A DNA stretch of 64,000 nt from NCBI GenBank assembly GCA_976226885.1, contig OZ320314.1:41292001-41356000 (forward strand), read 5' to 3'. Under the pieces are notes generated by a model. That model saw only the letters and a list, made by a program, of their open reading frames with translations. It did not search any database and was not told the origin of the DNA. Every line of letters starts with the position of its first letter. The first letter of the stretch is position 1. Of the stretch, positions 63,355 through 64,000 are shown in pieces. The DNA comes from Iphione sp. A-MEVVRFRX5 (Eukaryota). A program made the translations under genes and the position numbers.

Positions 63355-63618
63355 GGGATTTCTCCATCTGATGAGACATAACCCCATAACATGTGATAAA
63401 ACTGCGAAACATTTCACTTCAACTGTTTGAAGGTTCTGATGCTCTCTCAAGCTAAGGACATCAAAGAGAAGAGCAACATAGCTGCCCTTATGAATTATTA
63501 TCTCACACAGTCTAACAAAATGATTGTATCTACATCAACCTACAGAGACAAATTATGTGGGCGATATTGCGTGTATTTTAGAAGCAAGGCACGTGGCTGT
63601 GCTGTAATACATGAATAG
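63355..63618 (+). pseudogene. Possible Polinton/Maverick (adenain-like) cysteine protease remnant
   Basis: One frame reads GISPSDET*...LTQSNKMIVSTSTYRDKLCGRYCVYFRSKARG, resembling the N-terminal GVFPxD and C-terminal CGxYCxYF..+ARG motifs of Polinton proteases. Several stops; catalytic HW motif not seen. Confidence 0.4.
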
Positions 63619-64000
63619 GACAGGGGGCAAATACTTTTATTCCCACGAAGAATTTGGTTAAGGTAGTCCATGGATAACCTTACATGGAACACCGAAAAGA
63701 ATACTTCAAATGGAAGGAATGGGAAGACTGTGTGGTACAACCGAATAAGCAGGGAATTAAAGCATTAGAAAAATATAGAAAGGATGAGTTGAAATGGGGA
63801 CGAGGGAACAGTTCGATCTTCATTGTTTGAAGCCTTTTCCCTGCTTCGACCGCGTCAAGACAGTCCTGATTGCTGACACATCGGCAGTGCCTGCAAAAAA
63901 GATAAATAAACCACGCTCCACACTCACCACTATTGAGCACACAAAAAAGGAGAGAGAGGTATTAAAAGACCCTCTAATTATCGCTCAGTCGCCAATGGTA

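Overview
Eukaryotic, animal-like (probably marine invertebrate; inference from the repeat inventory) repeat-rich DNA with no identifiable intact host gene, rRNA, true tRNA or CRISPR array. The main feature is a structurally complete ~6.66 kb DIRS1-type tyrosine-recombinase retrotransposon on the + strand (20780-27438). It has 45-bp inverted terminal repeats, an internal complementary region (ICR) matching both ends, a ~1.55 kb GC-rich structured leader, a gag-like ORF1, an RT-RNase H-methyltransferase-like ORF2 and a tyrosine recombinase ORF3 with all catalytic residues. ORF1 and ORF2 carry nonsense/frameshift lesions, so this copy is probably dead. The most interesting observation is a possible expression logic read directly from the sequence. 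A canonical -1 slippery heptamer (A AAA AAC, 23811-23817) plus a perfect 8-bp hairpin sits in the gag/pol overlap. A consensus splice donor (23901) and a branch-point/YAG acceptor (25900) bracket the RT-RH-MT region (2000 nt), and splicing would join the -1 frame in phase to the recombinase. That would give Gag, Gag-Pol and Gag-YR from one promoter; this is a hypothesis needing RNA data and comparison with other copies. The rest of the window holds degraded LINEs (L2/CR1-group, RTE-like), PIF/Harbinger-like and Tc1/mariner(pogo)-like MITEs, tRNA-derived SINEs, small palindromic elements, micro/minisatellites and a possible Polinton protease remnant. All family assignments are by-eye motif recognition; no database searches were run.
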